Assembly: GCA_049519355.1 (NCBI GenBank)
Contig: JBEKQV010000001.1
Coordinates: 315,946 to 379,945 of the forward strand
Direction: 5' to 3'
Source: Candidatus Microgenomates bacterium
Lineage (GTDB): Bacteria; Patescibacteriota; Microgenomatia; UBA8517
DNA: 64,000 nt
Shown here: positions 1 to 7,803 of the stretch, in pieces
Position numbering within the stretch: the first letter of the stretch is position 1
Layout: each line of letters starts with the position of its first letter
The notes under the pieces: generated by a model
Seen by the model: the letters and a program-made list of their open reading frames with translations, nothing else
Told to the model about the DNA's origin: nothing
Database searches by the model: none
Program-made: the position numbers and the translations under genes

Positions 1-680
1 AAACCAAATTTTTTTGCCAATTCTTTTCTGGCTTCAAGTTCTTTTTCGTAATTCTTGTCTTGCCAATGAGGAGTTGGAAGAGTTAGGGCAACGGGGAAGT
101 CAAATAAAATATCAATTTTTTCAGAATTTTTCTTTTTGTGGTCATGATCTATTTCTTCGTCCTTAAGATATCCTGTATATACCAGTATCTTCCGTCCTGG
201 AATCACGTTTTCTATAAACCTTTTACGGATTATAAAGGCAATTTCCTTTTTGTAATCCTCTGAGTGAAAAAAAGTATAATAAAGACTATCTTCCTTCCCA
301 TAGGGGATTGGTGAAAACGAACCCTTGCCCTGCACACTGGTAAAAACAAGGTCTTTATCGTAGAAAAACAGGAAACCTGGACAAAAATCAATTTCTGTGC
401 CTTGTGCGCCCCTAAATTCTTTCTCCCCACGGGCAAATCTACCTATCCTCTGTATCTCTTCTTTCGGCAGGTCTCCAAATTTTTTGTCACTATATTTTTT
501 GTCTATTCCTATAAACTTTCTCAGAATAGGCCGATCAAAAATTCTTTCATCTCCACGTCCAGGATGCAAAGAAAAGTGAGTTGTCGAATCCTCACCAAAT
601 CTCCGGAGCATTTCTTTACGTTGTGCGTACAAACCGTAGAAGAGAAACACAATTAATCCAAATATAACGTAGTAGATCAT
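1..680 (-). CDS. Hypothetical membrane-anchored protein; C-terminus cut by the window edge. N-terminal TM helix MIYYVIFGLIVFLFYGLY followed by a soluble domain.
   Basis: Translated by hand from the reverse strand: ATG at 680-678, open frame running to position 1 with no stop. Not in the ORF track because it is incomplete. Confidence 0.5.
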   Translation of the reverse strand, partial: MIYYVIFGLIVFLFYGLYAQRKEMLRRFGEDSTTHFSLHPGRGDERIFDRPILRKFIGIDKKYSDKKFGDLPKEEIQRIGRFARGEKEFRGAQGTEIDFCPGFLFFYDKDLVFTSVQGKGSFSPIPYGKEDSLYYTFFHSEDYKKEIAFIIRKRFIENVIPGRKILVYTGYLKDEEIDHDHKKKNSEKIDILFDFPVALTLPTPHWQDKNYEKELEARKELAKKFG

Positions 681-682
681 AT

Positions 683-700
683 TAATATTAATATTAATTT
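683..700. repeat. Short tandem repeat (ATATTA)x3 in the divergent intergenic region
   Basis: catATTAATATTAATATTAATttc, seen directly between the start of the minus-strand gene (680) and the plus-strand gene (801). Confidence 0.4.
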
Positions 701-800
701 CAGGCAGAATTGAGTAACTACCGCTATGATACTCCCTCTAACTACAAGATGACAAGGAGTCTGTCGAGAATGATACTAACAGTCTCTACTATTGGGAGTA

Positions 801-2000
801 ATGGGAAAAGCTATTAGTCATCAGTCGGTTCTTTTAAAATTCGGTCAAAAGTTGCAAAAGTTAAGGCAATCAAAAGGAATTACTCAGCAGGATGTTATTG
901 ATCGTGAAACTGGCAAAACAGGTAATTCAAATAATAATCCTTCTCCTAACCCTACTAATTCTATGGGTGGAAATTTACCGCCAGTCGGAGGGGGAACAAA
1001 TACCAAACTTCCTCAATCTACTCAGGCGGATGTGGAAAGTTTTAACAATGATGCCATGAATTTATCCCGACAAGCAATGTTGGCCACAGATCCTCAACAA
1101 AAAGCGACTCTAACTGCTCAATCACAAATTCTATCTAACATGGCGGAAGATAGACAAAGTGTTATGTCTTTCAATCCAATAATGGATACTTTGGCAAAAG
1201 TTCAGAAATTCTTGGGTGAATCACAAACCCTTCCATTAGCCAATTCTATATTGGGAAACTTTATTTTACCTATTCCTGGTGCAGGAGCTGGTGTAGGAGC
1301 TTATATTGGAGAAAAAGAACGGGAGATGCTTAGTCCTGGTGGATTGGAAGCTTTTTTAACTCCTCAAAATAGAATGATTGGCCAAGGAGCAACCATGATT
1401 GATCCACAAGCTCTAAAAACGGCCTTTACTTATGGAGTATTAGATTTACTTTTATATGGAGCTGGAAAATTATTACATCCCATACAAACAGTTGCTAAAT
1501 TAAGAGGTGCAGCCGCCGAAGCTGAAACTACCGGAACAGAAAATCTAGCCACTAAAATTGCAGGAGGTAGTTCGGGTGGAGCAAGAGTAATAAATGGGGA
1601 TGATATTGTTTCAGGTGTAAAAGATTGGGCGAACAACGTACCAGCATCAATGAGAGATCAGGCATTGAAATTTTCTCAGGATGTAGAAGATAAATATGCC
1701 GGAAATCAACTTAGTATAGACGATGGCCTTACGGAAAAAACGGCATCGTGGGGTAGAGGGTATACAAATGCTAACATTGAAGGAAGACCCACCGTGGCAG
1801 CAGGTGAAAGAGAGGTTGCAGACCAAATAAGCAAACAGCTTCCTGAAACCATTGCAAAATATGACAAAGTTCTTAGCATGATGTATTCAATTGCAAAACC
1901 TCTTGGAAAAGTAATACCAACCGTGGCTAGAGGAGCATTACAGGCATTAGGAATGGGAGGTGTTTATGAGGCTGGACATAAAGCAGGATTGTTGCCTTAA
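801..2000 (+). CDS. XRE-family helix-turn-helix N-terminal domain fused to a long Gly/Ala-rich C-terminal region of unknown function
   Basis: N-terminus FGQKLQKLRQSKGITQQDVIDRETGK matches the helix1-3 pattern of HTH_XRE regulators (LRxxRxxxGLTQxxL...IERG). The rest is low-complexity (GAGAGVGAYIG) with no recognisable domain. The ORF track starts at TTG 792; ATG 801 is more likely. Confidence 0.5.
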   Translation: MGKAISHQSVLLKFGQKLQKLRQSKGITQQDVIDRETGKTGNSNNNPSPNPTNSMGGNLPPVGGGTNTKLPQSTQADVESFNNDAMNLSRQAMLATDPQQKATLTAQSQILSNMAEDRQSVMSFNPIMDTLAKVQKFLGESQTLPLANSILGNFILPIPGAGAGVGAYIGEKEREMLSPGGLEAFLTPQNRMIGQGATMIDPQALKTAFTYGVLDLLLYGAGKLLHPIQTVAKLRGAAAEAETTGTENLATKIAGGSSGGARVINGDDIVSGVKDWANNVPASMRDQALKFSQDVEDKYAGNQLSIDDGLTEKTASWGRGYTNANIEGRPTVAAGEREVADQISKQLPETIAKYDKVLSMMYSIAKPLGKVIPTVARGALQALGMGGVYEAGHKAGLLP

Positions 2001-2268
2001 TGAATTTTTGAGGCCAAATTGAAAGCAACTGAGGCTATAATCAACCAAATAAATATCTCCAACATAAGTATATTATAATCCTATGTCAGACCTAGATGCA
2101 AATACAGCAAAAGCACTGAAAGTTCCGGCTTCTGATTTACTTCCTTTTTAGTTTCATTGTTATTTTATTGTTCTGAATAATCACCTCACACGTATAGTGG
2201 GAAAAAACTGAAGTTTTCTTAAGTCGTTCGTGCCTGTCACTCTAACCAAAAGTCGGGTTTTGCAAGAC

Positions 2269-2534
2269 TTTAACTTGGTTTATGGTTAATCTAATTTTTA
2301 TATGTGATAGACAACTCCTCTCAAAGCGTCCGAAAATTCGGATTCCGTAGCCTCATACCCATCTGCAAAAACTTAATTTTCTCGAATCGGTGACTCTTTC
2401 CTGTTATTGCCCTGTTCTGAGGATACTTTGACCTCGAACTTATACGAAAAAGTCTAGTAAAATCTAGTTTGTTTTGACTTGGTTTGTAGTCAATTTTAAC
2501 TTGGTTGCAGATTAGATTTTAACTTGCTCTGTAG
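2269..2534. repeat. Four copies of a direct repeat TTTWRACTTGSTYTRYAG inside a 0.9-kb non-coding region
   Basis: TTTAACTTGGTTTATGG (2269), TTTTGACTTGGTTTGTAG (2473), TTTTAACTTGGTTGCAG (2494), TTTTAACTTGCTCTGTAG (2517). The last three are nearly tandem. No ORF of 60 aa or more between 2001 and 2915. Confidence 0.45.
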
Positions 2535-2915
2535 TTAACCAGTTGACCGATTATCTACCGATTCTTTAGCTTCAGTAATCGGTGTAGGGAAACTCCTTTT
2601 TAGTTAGATTCATAATATTTTTTGATATATAGCGGATTATAATGAGACCAGTTCAAAGATGATTCTTGCTACATACAAGGTTCTCTGGAAAAAGAGAAAC
2701 TCCAAAATCTCAAAGCACCTAGCCTATCTAAAGAAAGTGGCAAAGACTTTGAAGATCACTAGGTGATTGGATGATCGTAATCAAATTGTTTTTCTGTTCC
2801 TTTACTGTTATTTACTCGTTTTTCAGGCTAGTAACTATCCCAATCTGTGATTGTTCACTTTGTAATTATTGATTATACTGTGATAAGATAGCCTGCTAAG
2901 TTAAAGCTAATTCTT

Positions 2916-3203
2916 ATGAATGATAACAATCCAAGCCCAAACCTCTCTCCAGACGAACTTACTCGAAAAGGTGAAGAAATATATCTAAACGATCTCAAAG
3001 ATAAATTAGAGCAGACCAATCGTGGTGAGTATGTTGTTATTGAGGTTGATAGTGGAAAATATTTTATAGATAAAGATGTAACAGTTGCTTTGGAAAAGGC
3101 TAAAACTGAGTATCCCCAAAAACTATTTTTTATTGTACAAATAGGCACTCTCCAGAGAAACACACTAAACTACAAACAAGCAAAAAATGAATGGTTATTT
3201 TGA
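2916..3203 (+). CDS. Small DUF5678-like protein (YVVIEVDSGKYFIDKD motif), partner of the downstream aspartic protease
   Basis: 95-aa ORF overlapping the next gene by 17 bp, so translationally coupled. The family assignment is from memory of the small-protein plus retropepsin pairing. Confidence 0.45.
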   Translation: MNDNNPSPNLSPDELTRKGEEIYLNDLKDKLEQTNRGEYVVIEVDSGKYFIDKDVTVALEKAKTEYPQKLFFIVQIGTLQRNTLNYKQAKNEWLF

Positions 3204-3597
3204 CGGCGAACGCATTTATGCGGACATTGAAATAAAAGGTGTTTTCTCTACACAAGCTACCAAATTGAAAGGTCAGATTGATACGGGTTATAGTGGCTAT
3301 CTTTCACTCCCATTTAACGAAGCATTTCCGTTAGGGCTTGTTCTTCAGGGAACGCAAGCATACACACTCGCAGACGGTTCACCTTCTTATAACTTTGTTT
3401 GTTTGGGAACGCTTATTGTAGATGGAAGAGAATTGGTAATTCCCGTAGATGTTTCTGCAAAAGCATCATTACTTATAGGAATTGGCCTTCTTGGTAAAAT
3501 CCAGAACAACTTACTAATAGACTTTGAAAACAAGAAAGTGCTGTTTAAAGAATTTAAGATAAAACCTCCCATTGCATCTAAACCTGTAGAGAAATAG
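3187..3597 (+). CDS. Retropepsin-like (clan AA) aspartic protease
   Basis: Active-site motif GQIDTGYSGYLSLP (hydrophobic-hydrophobic-D-T-G), about 136 aa. The size and glycine-rich flap region are typical of bacterial single-domain retropepsins. Confidence 0.6.
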   Translation: MNGYFDGERIYADIEIKGVFSTQATKLKGQIDTGYSGYLSLPFNEAFPLGLVLQGTQAYTLADGSPSYNFVCLGTLIVDGRELVIPVDVSAKASLLIGIGLLGKIQNNLLIDFENKKVLFKEFKIKPPIASKPVEK

Positions 3598-3697
3598 TTA
3601 AACGTTTATATTTGGAGCAATTGTTGAGTTTGTCGAGTAATTAGCTCAGGTGTGGAAGTTGTTTCACTCCAGTTAGTTGTGCTAAAATCGTCCCATT

Positions 3698-3718
3698 GAG
3701 CGAGCTGGATGGACACCC
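3698..3718 (-). repeat. Degenerate inverted copy of the 31-bp intergenic motif
   Basis: The reverse complement GGGTGTCCATCCAGCTCGCT shares TGTCCATC..AG..GCTCG with copies A-C (see features 4794, 5641, 6365). Confidence 0.3.
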
Positions 3719-3752
3719 TTTAAATGTTGTCCGTTTTTTCATATAGTACATA

Positions 3753-4271
3753 GTGATGGTTGTATATTCTTCAAAGAGAAATTGGACTGATGTTATTTGG
3801 CCCTTGATAATCTTCGTTATCAGTGCGGTTCTTATTTGGAGAAATTCGTGTTTAATATATCCAACGTCTTTTGGTTTAGCAGAATGTTACGCCTCATCGC
3901 TCAAAGAACATTTAATCGTAACAATATTATTGTTTGTTGTTGTATTTTTTTGTTTTATTCTTTACGAAGTATTTTGGAAAAAAGCTTATAAACTCGAATT
4001 GGATAGGGGGTTAATAAAGGAAACGTACGGTAAGGTGGTTAAACAGGCTGTTTTTAAATCCTTAGATTCATTAGATGGGACACAACTGCCTAGTAGAGGA
4101 AGAGGTAGTAATTTTTTCTTTGATTTTCATTTAACACTGGGAGATGGCTCAAAATCCGTTTTTACGACCCGAGGTCAGGCAAAATTACCATACGTTATTA
4201 AGGCTGTAAAGGAGATGTATCCAGAGACAAAGATAAGCGAAATTTTACAAAAGGAATCAGCCAATTTATAA
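3753..4271 (+). CDS. Hypothetical membrane protein (2 TM plus a C-terminal soluble domain)
   Basis: ORF track; hydrophobic segments LIIFVISAVLIW and ILLFVVVFFCFILY. Confidence 0.45.
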   Translation: MMVVYSSKRNWTDVIWPLIIFVISAVLIWRNSCLIYPTSFGLAECYASSLKEHLIVTILLFVVVFFCFILYEVFWKKAYKLELDRGLIKETYGKVVKQAVFKSLDSLDGTQLPSRGRGSNFFFDFHLTLGDGSKSVFTTRGQAKLPYVIKAVKEMYPETKISEILQKESANL

Positions 4272-4319
4272 ATTAATTTTTGAACCTGCCTATTAAGTGA
4301 ACTTGTGATTTTGAAGAAA

Positions 4320-4778
4320 CTACTTTTTAGAGAACCTCTTTTCTGCCTTTGATCCGGCAATCCAACCTACAATTATTGGTAAAACCCCAACGGCAAAATT
4401 AAAGTTTCCAGTCAAGAAATAGTTGACAACTATAATAATTAACTGAGAAATGAGGGCGACTCCCATGGACACATATAGTCCGGCATATCCTCGCCGCAAT
4501 CCCGTATTGAGTCCTTTCTTGAAGGATTCCTTTGCAGCTTTGTAACAGAAAAGGTAAACGAATGGAATAAATATTAGCTGGCTTATGATGGTGGAAGGAA
4601 TTAATAATGATTTAGTTACGTTTGCGTCTATAGATATGTGTTTAGTCAAACCTACGATAACCAGTATTATGAAAATGGTTGCATACTGTAAGCCATACTC
4701 GATAATAACCAGGAAAACTGCCCATTTTAGCATTAATAAAAATCTTTTTCCGTACATTACAAAAATTATAACCCCCAT
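4320..4778 (-). CDS. Hypothetical polytopic membrane protein
   Basis: ORF track; four hydrophobic helices. Confidence 0.5.
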   Translation of the reverse strand: MGVIIFVMYGKRFLLMLKWAVFLVIIEYGLQYATIFIILVIVGLTKHISIDANVTKSLLIPSTIISQLIFIPFVYLFCYKAAKESFKKGLNTGLRRGYAGLYVSMGVALISQLIIIVVNYFLTGNFNFAVGVLPIIVGWIAGSKAEKRFSKK

Positions 4779-4793
4779 TACCTAAAAGTGTAA

Positions 4794-4824
4794 TAGGTTC
4801 TTAATCTGTCCATCAGGCGGAGCC
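4794..4824 (+). repeat. 31-bp conserved intergenic motif, copy A
   Basis: TAGGTTCTTAATCTGTCCATCAGGCGGAGCC; lies 45 bp upstream of ATG 4869. Confidence 0.6.
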
Positions 4825-4868
4825 AATTGGTTTGAATATCGTGCTCGAATTGATATAATGTTCTTGAT

Positions 4869-5330
4869 ATGTCTGAAACGGTTGAATCACAAAATATTAG
4901 CGAAGTCGGTAGGGATAGCTTCGTTAGGTTTGTTGGGATTCTGAAGGATAGAGAGGGTCAAAAATACAATGCGGTAGGCTGGGAAGGAACGGGCAGTGAA
5001 TTGCAATCCCAAGTTGAAGGGGGTGCTTTGTGTCCTGCTTCATCTTTTGCCGTTGTAGCTGAAGGAATATTTAGATATAAATGGCAGGGTCCTCAAATGA
5101 AGGAGGATACAGACTCGTTGCGTGACCTTTCAAAAGCTTTGTTGGCGGGTTCGGAGATATATGGTCAGGCGGCCCAAATTGATGTGGCTGCAATTAAGGC
5201 CCAGATTAAAAAGTACGTTGAGTCGCACGGGGGAAGGTACGACGGCCAGACCGATTGGCAAGAGTTTATTAAAACTAGAGCTGTGAGATTGAAAAGTAAA
5301 GCAGATGCTATTGACGCAGCTGATATGTGA
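4869..5330 (+). CDS. Hypothetical soluble protein
   Basis: ORF track, 153 aa, no recognisable motif. Confidence 0.45.
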   Translation: MSETVESQNISEVGRDSFVRFVGILKDREGQKYNAVGWEGTGSELQSQVEGGALCPASSFAVVAEGIFRYKWQGPQMKEDTDSLRDLSKALLAGSEIYGQAAQIDVAAIKAQIKKYVESHGGRYDGQTDWQEFIKTRAVRLKSKADAIDAADM

Positions 5331-5389
5331 GCTATACACACCTTCTTTCCTCATATATTTAGTTGAATAGCAAAGTATAAAATATAACC

Positions 5390-5650
5390 ATGAAATCCAG
5401 AGTTGTTGTTATAGGGTCACTTATAGGTATTTTGGTTGGGATGGTTCTGGCCTTTTTATTTCCCAGCCTTCTACGTATAGGGTTAGAATTTAATAAAATA
5501 ATTAATAAGGGTTTAGGATACCCAAGTAATTTTTATTTGATAACCAGCGGTTCTGTCTATAATGCATATCCCACAGTCGTTTTAGTTTTCGGTTTAGTTG
5601 GAGCGGTTTTGGGTTTTGTCGCCTCCAAATTTACCCGTAATAGGTTCTGA
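5390..5650 (+). CDS. Small membrane protein (2 TM)
   Basis: ORF track; its last four codons plus the stop lie inside motif copy B. Confidence 0.4.
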   Translation: MKSRVVVIGSLIGILVGMVLAFLFPSLLRIGLEFNKIINKGLGYPSNFYLITSGSVYNAYPTVVLVFGLVGAVLGFVASKFTRNRF

Positions 5651-5672
5651 TACTGTCCATCAGGTGGAGCTC
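5641..5672 (+). repeat. 31-bp conserved intergenic motif, copy B. It contains the small hairpin CTGAT-ACTGTCC-ATCAG and is followed by a sigma70-like promoter.
   Basis: TAGGTTCTGATACTGTCCATCAGGTGGAGCT. Downstream comes TTGATG, a 17-bp spacer, then TAATAT before the PRTase gene. Confidence 0.6.
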
Positions 5673-5704
5673 GGAAAGTTTTCAATTGATGAAAAAAACT
5701 TTTC

Positions 5705-6367
5705 GTGTTAATATCCCGGGTAATGGCTACGGAGATCGGACAAAGAACACAAGATGCGAGACTCCAATTAAAAGAAACAATTTATGATGGTATTACTTAT
5801 GAATGTCCAACATGGGAACAGATGGGATTATTCAATTTTGATTTAGCAAAGCAGGTCATTCAGTGCAGCGAATCTTTTGATAGACTAATTGCCCTTGCAA
5901 GGGGAGGGTGGACTTGGGCAAAAGATTTTGCCGATGCTGTAAAAATTCCAGAGCTTTCTTCTATGAGAATAAAATCCTACTTAGGTGTTAATGAGTCAGG
6001 AGAACCAGAGATCACTCAACCATTAACAGATTCCATAGTTGGGGAAAACGTTCTTTTGTTTGATGAAGTTATTGATTCGGGTAAGACAATTAAAAAGACC
6101 CACGAATACTTAAAAATAATGGGAGCACGAAGCATACGAACAGCCACATTATGCTATAAACCTCATTCTGTAGTAACACCGGATTTTTATGCGTTTCGTA
6201 CTAGTGCGTGGGTTGTTTTTCCTCATGAGACCAGAGAATTTATTGACATCTCAACCAATAAATGGATGTCCGAAGGACTATCAATGGACGAAATTAAAAG
6301 TCGTTTAATTATGATAGGTGTCACTCCTGAACAGGTAGAACTTTATTGTTCCCTGATTGTAAAATAG
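5705..6367 (+). CDS. gpt: Purine phosphoribosyltransferase (xanthine-guanine PRTase-like)
   Basis: PRPP-binding motif VLLFDEVIDSGKT; N-terminal TWEQMGLFNFDLAKQV and C-terminal SAWVVFPHE resemble E. coli Gpt (TWDML... / TWIEQPWD). The true start is possibly ATG 5723. Confidence 0.65.
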   Translation: MLISRVMATEIGQRTQDARLQLKETIYDGITYECPTWEQMGLFNFDLAKQVIQCSESFDRLIALARGGWTWAKDFADAVKIPELSSMRIKSYLGVNESGEPEITQPLTDSIVGENVLLFDEVIDSGKTIKKTHEYLKIMGARSIRTATLCYKPHSVVTPDFYAFRTSAWVVFPHETREFIDISTNKWMSEGLSMDEIKSRLIMIGVTPEQVELYCSLIVK

Positions 6368-6395
6368 GTTCTGAATCTGTTGATCAGGTGAAGCC
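6365..6395 (+). repeat. 31-bp conserved intergenic motif, copy C
   Basis: TAGGTTCTGAATCTGTTGATCAGGTGAAGCC; starts at the TAG stop of the PRTase gene. Confidence 0.6.
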
Positions 6396-6432
6396 AGTTG
6401 TTTATTGCATGAATAGGGATCTTATCGGGTCC

Positions 6433-6891
6433 TTAATGAGTTTTGTTGGAAAACAGGGCAAAGAGTCTTTCAATAGCGTTTTTCTTTTCTGAGGCTTCTG
6501 GGGCAGGAGTTTGCCCGGTTTGAGGGGGATTTACGGCTTTGTGGAAAAAACTCATCGCTTTTTCGTGTTTTTGGATCTCTTGATGTTCTTTTTGTGCCTC
6601 GTGGAAAAATTTCATGGCTTCCTCGTGAGTTCTGGGCAGAGGGGGTTGCGGAGCATCTTCAACAAACGGCGGCACCTCCTTAACAAAAGGGGGGACATAT
6701 ACCTTCCCGGGTGGTTTTTCGGGTGTGGGCCAGCCGTTTTTTTGAACGTTGGCTAGAGATTTTTTGAGAGCATCAACATCAAGCCCTTTTTTTTCGGGGG
6801 CGGGAGCTTCGGTATTAACTTCTTTTGATTCTTCCACATAACGATTGTAGCTGACATTTTGAAGACATTGCAAGTTGAAATTATCTTGCAA
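6433..6891 (-). CDS. Hypothetical Pro-rich protein with an internal repeat (EAMKFFHEAQKEHQEIQKHEKAMSFFHKA)
   Basis: ORF track. TTG start, so the start is uncertain. A 14-bp perfect inverted repeat overlaps the start. Confidence 0.35.
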   Translation of the reverse strand: MQDNFNLQCLQNVSYNRYVEESKEVNTEAPAPEKKGLDVDALKKSLANVQKNGWPTPEKPPGKVYVPPFVKEVPPFVEDAPQPPLPRTHEEAMKFFHEAQKEHQEIQKHEKAMSFFHKAVNPPQTGQTPAPEASEKKNAIERLFALFSNKTH

Positions 6892-6898
6892 TGTCTTC
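6861..6898. other. Perfect 14-bp inverted repeat (hairpin) with a 10-nt loop
   Basis: GAAGACATTGCAAG ttgaaattat CTTGCAATGTCTTC, seen directly. No T-run follows on either strand. Confidence 0.5.
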
Positions 6899-6992
6899 CC
6901 TTTGGTGAGCTGAGATTTCTGCCGATTCTGTTTGTACTTTCAGGCAAATTGAAATTGTGGAGATTGTAGACTTTTAGTAAATCCTGTACGGA

Positions 6993-7358
6993 TTGCATTC
7001 TACAAGGGGAGCTTCGTTTCAGACTTTTTTTGCCAATATCGTAGACTCAAGAATCTATTGGGTATATGCTTGTCATATGGCCTCACCTGCACAAATAATT
7101 GCCTTAATTTTTGTTATTCTTGGACTTTTAAGTCTTATTCGCTGGTGGTGTATGGGATTTCCGAAAAAGAAATATCCATTATGGCCATTTGTACTGATAA
7201 TTCTCGCTGTGTGGGCCATTTTATTGCTTGTTGCATGGTTTACCAGCAGCCAATCGCAATTTAGGGAGTTTGTTGCGACCTGTAAAGGCTACCTAATAGG
7301 AATGTTTGTTATGTATATCGCAATGCGTGCTGCTGGGTGGAAAGGGGGTGAAAAATGA
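6993..7358 (+). CDS. Small membrane protein (start probably at the internal MASPAQII, 7078)
   Basis: ORF track; 2-3 TM helices; overlaps the next gene by ATGA. Confidence 0.4.
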   Translation: MHSTRGASFQTFFANIVDSRIYWVYACHMASPAQIIALIFVILGLLSLIRWWCMGFPKKKYPLWPFVLIILAVWAILLLVAWFTSSQSQFREFVATCKGYLIGMFVMYIAMRAAGWKGGEK

Positions 7359-7546
7359 AACTTAAGCATTTTGGGTTTTGGGATATTGGGCTGACAAAGT
7401 GGTCGGTGCTGTTTTTTACTCTATTTGTAGTTTCTGTCTGGCCGGCGTTTGCCCACTGGGTAGAAAGCATTAATTGGGTTTGGTTTTTGGTAATAGCATT
7501 GATCCTAGGTGCAAGACCTTTCCTGGATTTTTTAAAAAGTAATTGA
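7355..7546 (+). CDS. Small membrane protein (63 aa, 2 TM)
   Basis: ORF track; ATGA overlap with the upstream gene. Confidence 0.4.
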   Translation: MKLKHFGFWDIGLTKWSVLFFTLFVVSVWPAFAHWVESINWVWFLVIALILGARPFLDFLKSN

Positions 7547-7561
7547 GAGTACAATGTAATC

Positions 7562-7750
7562 ATGGGGCTTGCCACAAAACTTGTTATCTTTGCCGCAATT
7601 ATAATCTCCATCAATAATTTTGTGTTGTACTGGGCTATTAAAAATAACGGGATAAACTCGAAAGGGCATTCATTTGGCACAATAGTATTTTTGATCAGTC
7701 TTATCGAAATTGTGGCAATTGGAATTTATGGTTATATCCACTTAAAGTAA
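7562..7750 (+). CDS. Small membrane protein (62 aa, 2 TM)
   Basis: ORF track. Confidence 0.35.
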   Translation: MGLATKLVIFAAIIISINNFVLYWAIKNNGINSKGHSFGTIVFLISLIEIVAIGIYGYIHLK

Positions 7751-7803
7751 TTGCTACTCTCTCCATATATGTCGCTGCGTGACAAGATTTGGTAAAATAA
7801 CAT

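Noticed and set aside
5705-6367. PRTase as a retron or defence effector
   Set aside because: The sequence aligns end to end with XGPRT/HPRT salvage enzymes (TWEQM... N-terminus, VLLFDEVIDSGKT, ...AWVVFPHE C-terminus). No adjacent reverse transcriptase or ncRNA; housekeeping salvage is more parsimonious.
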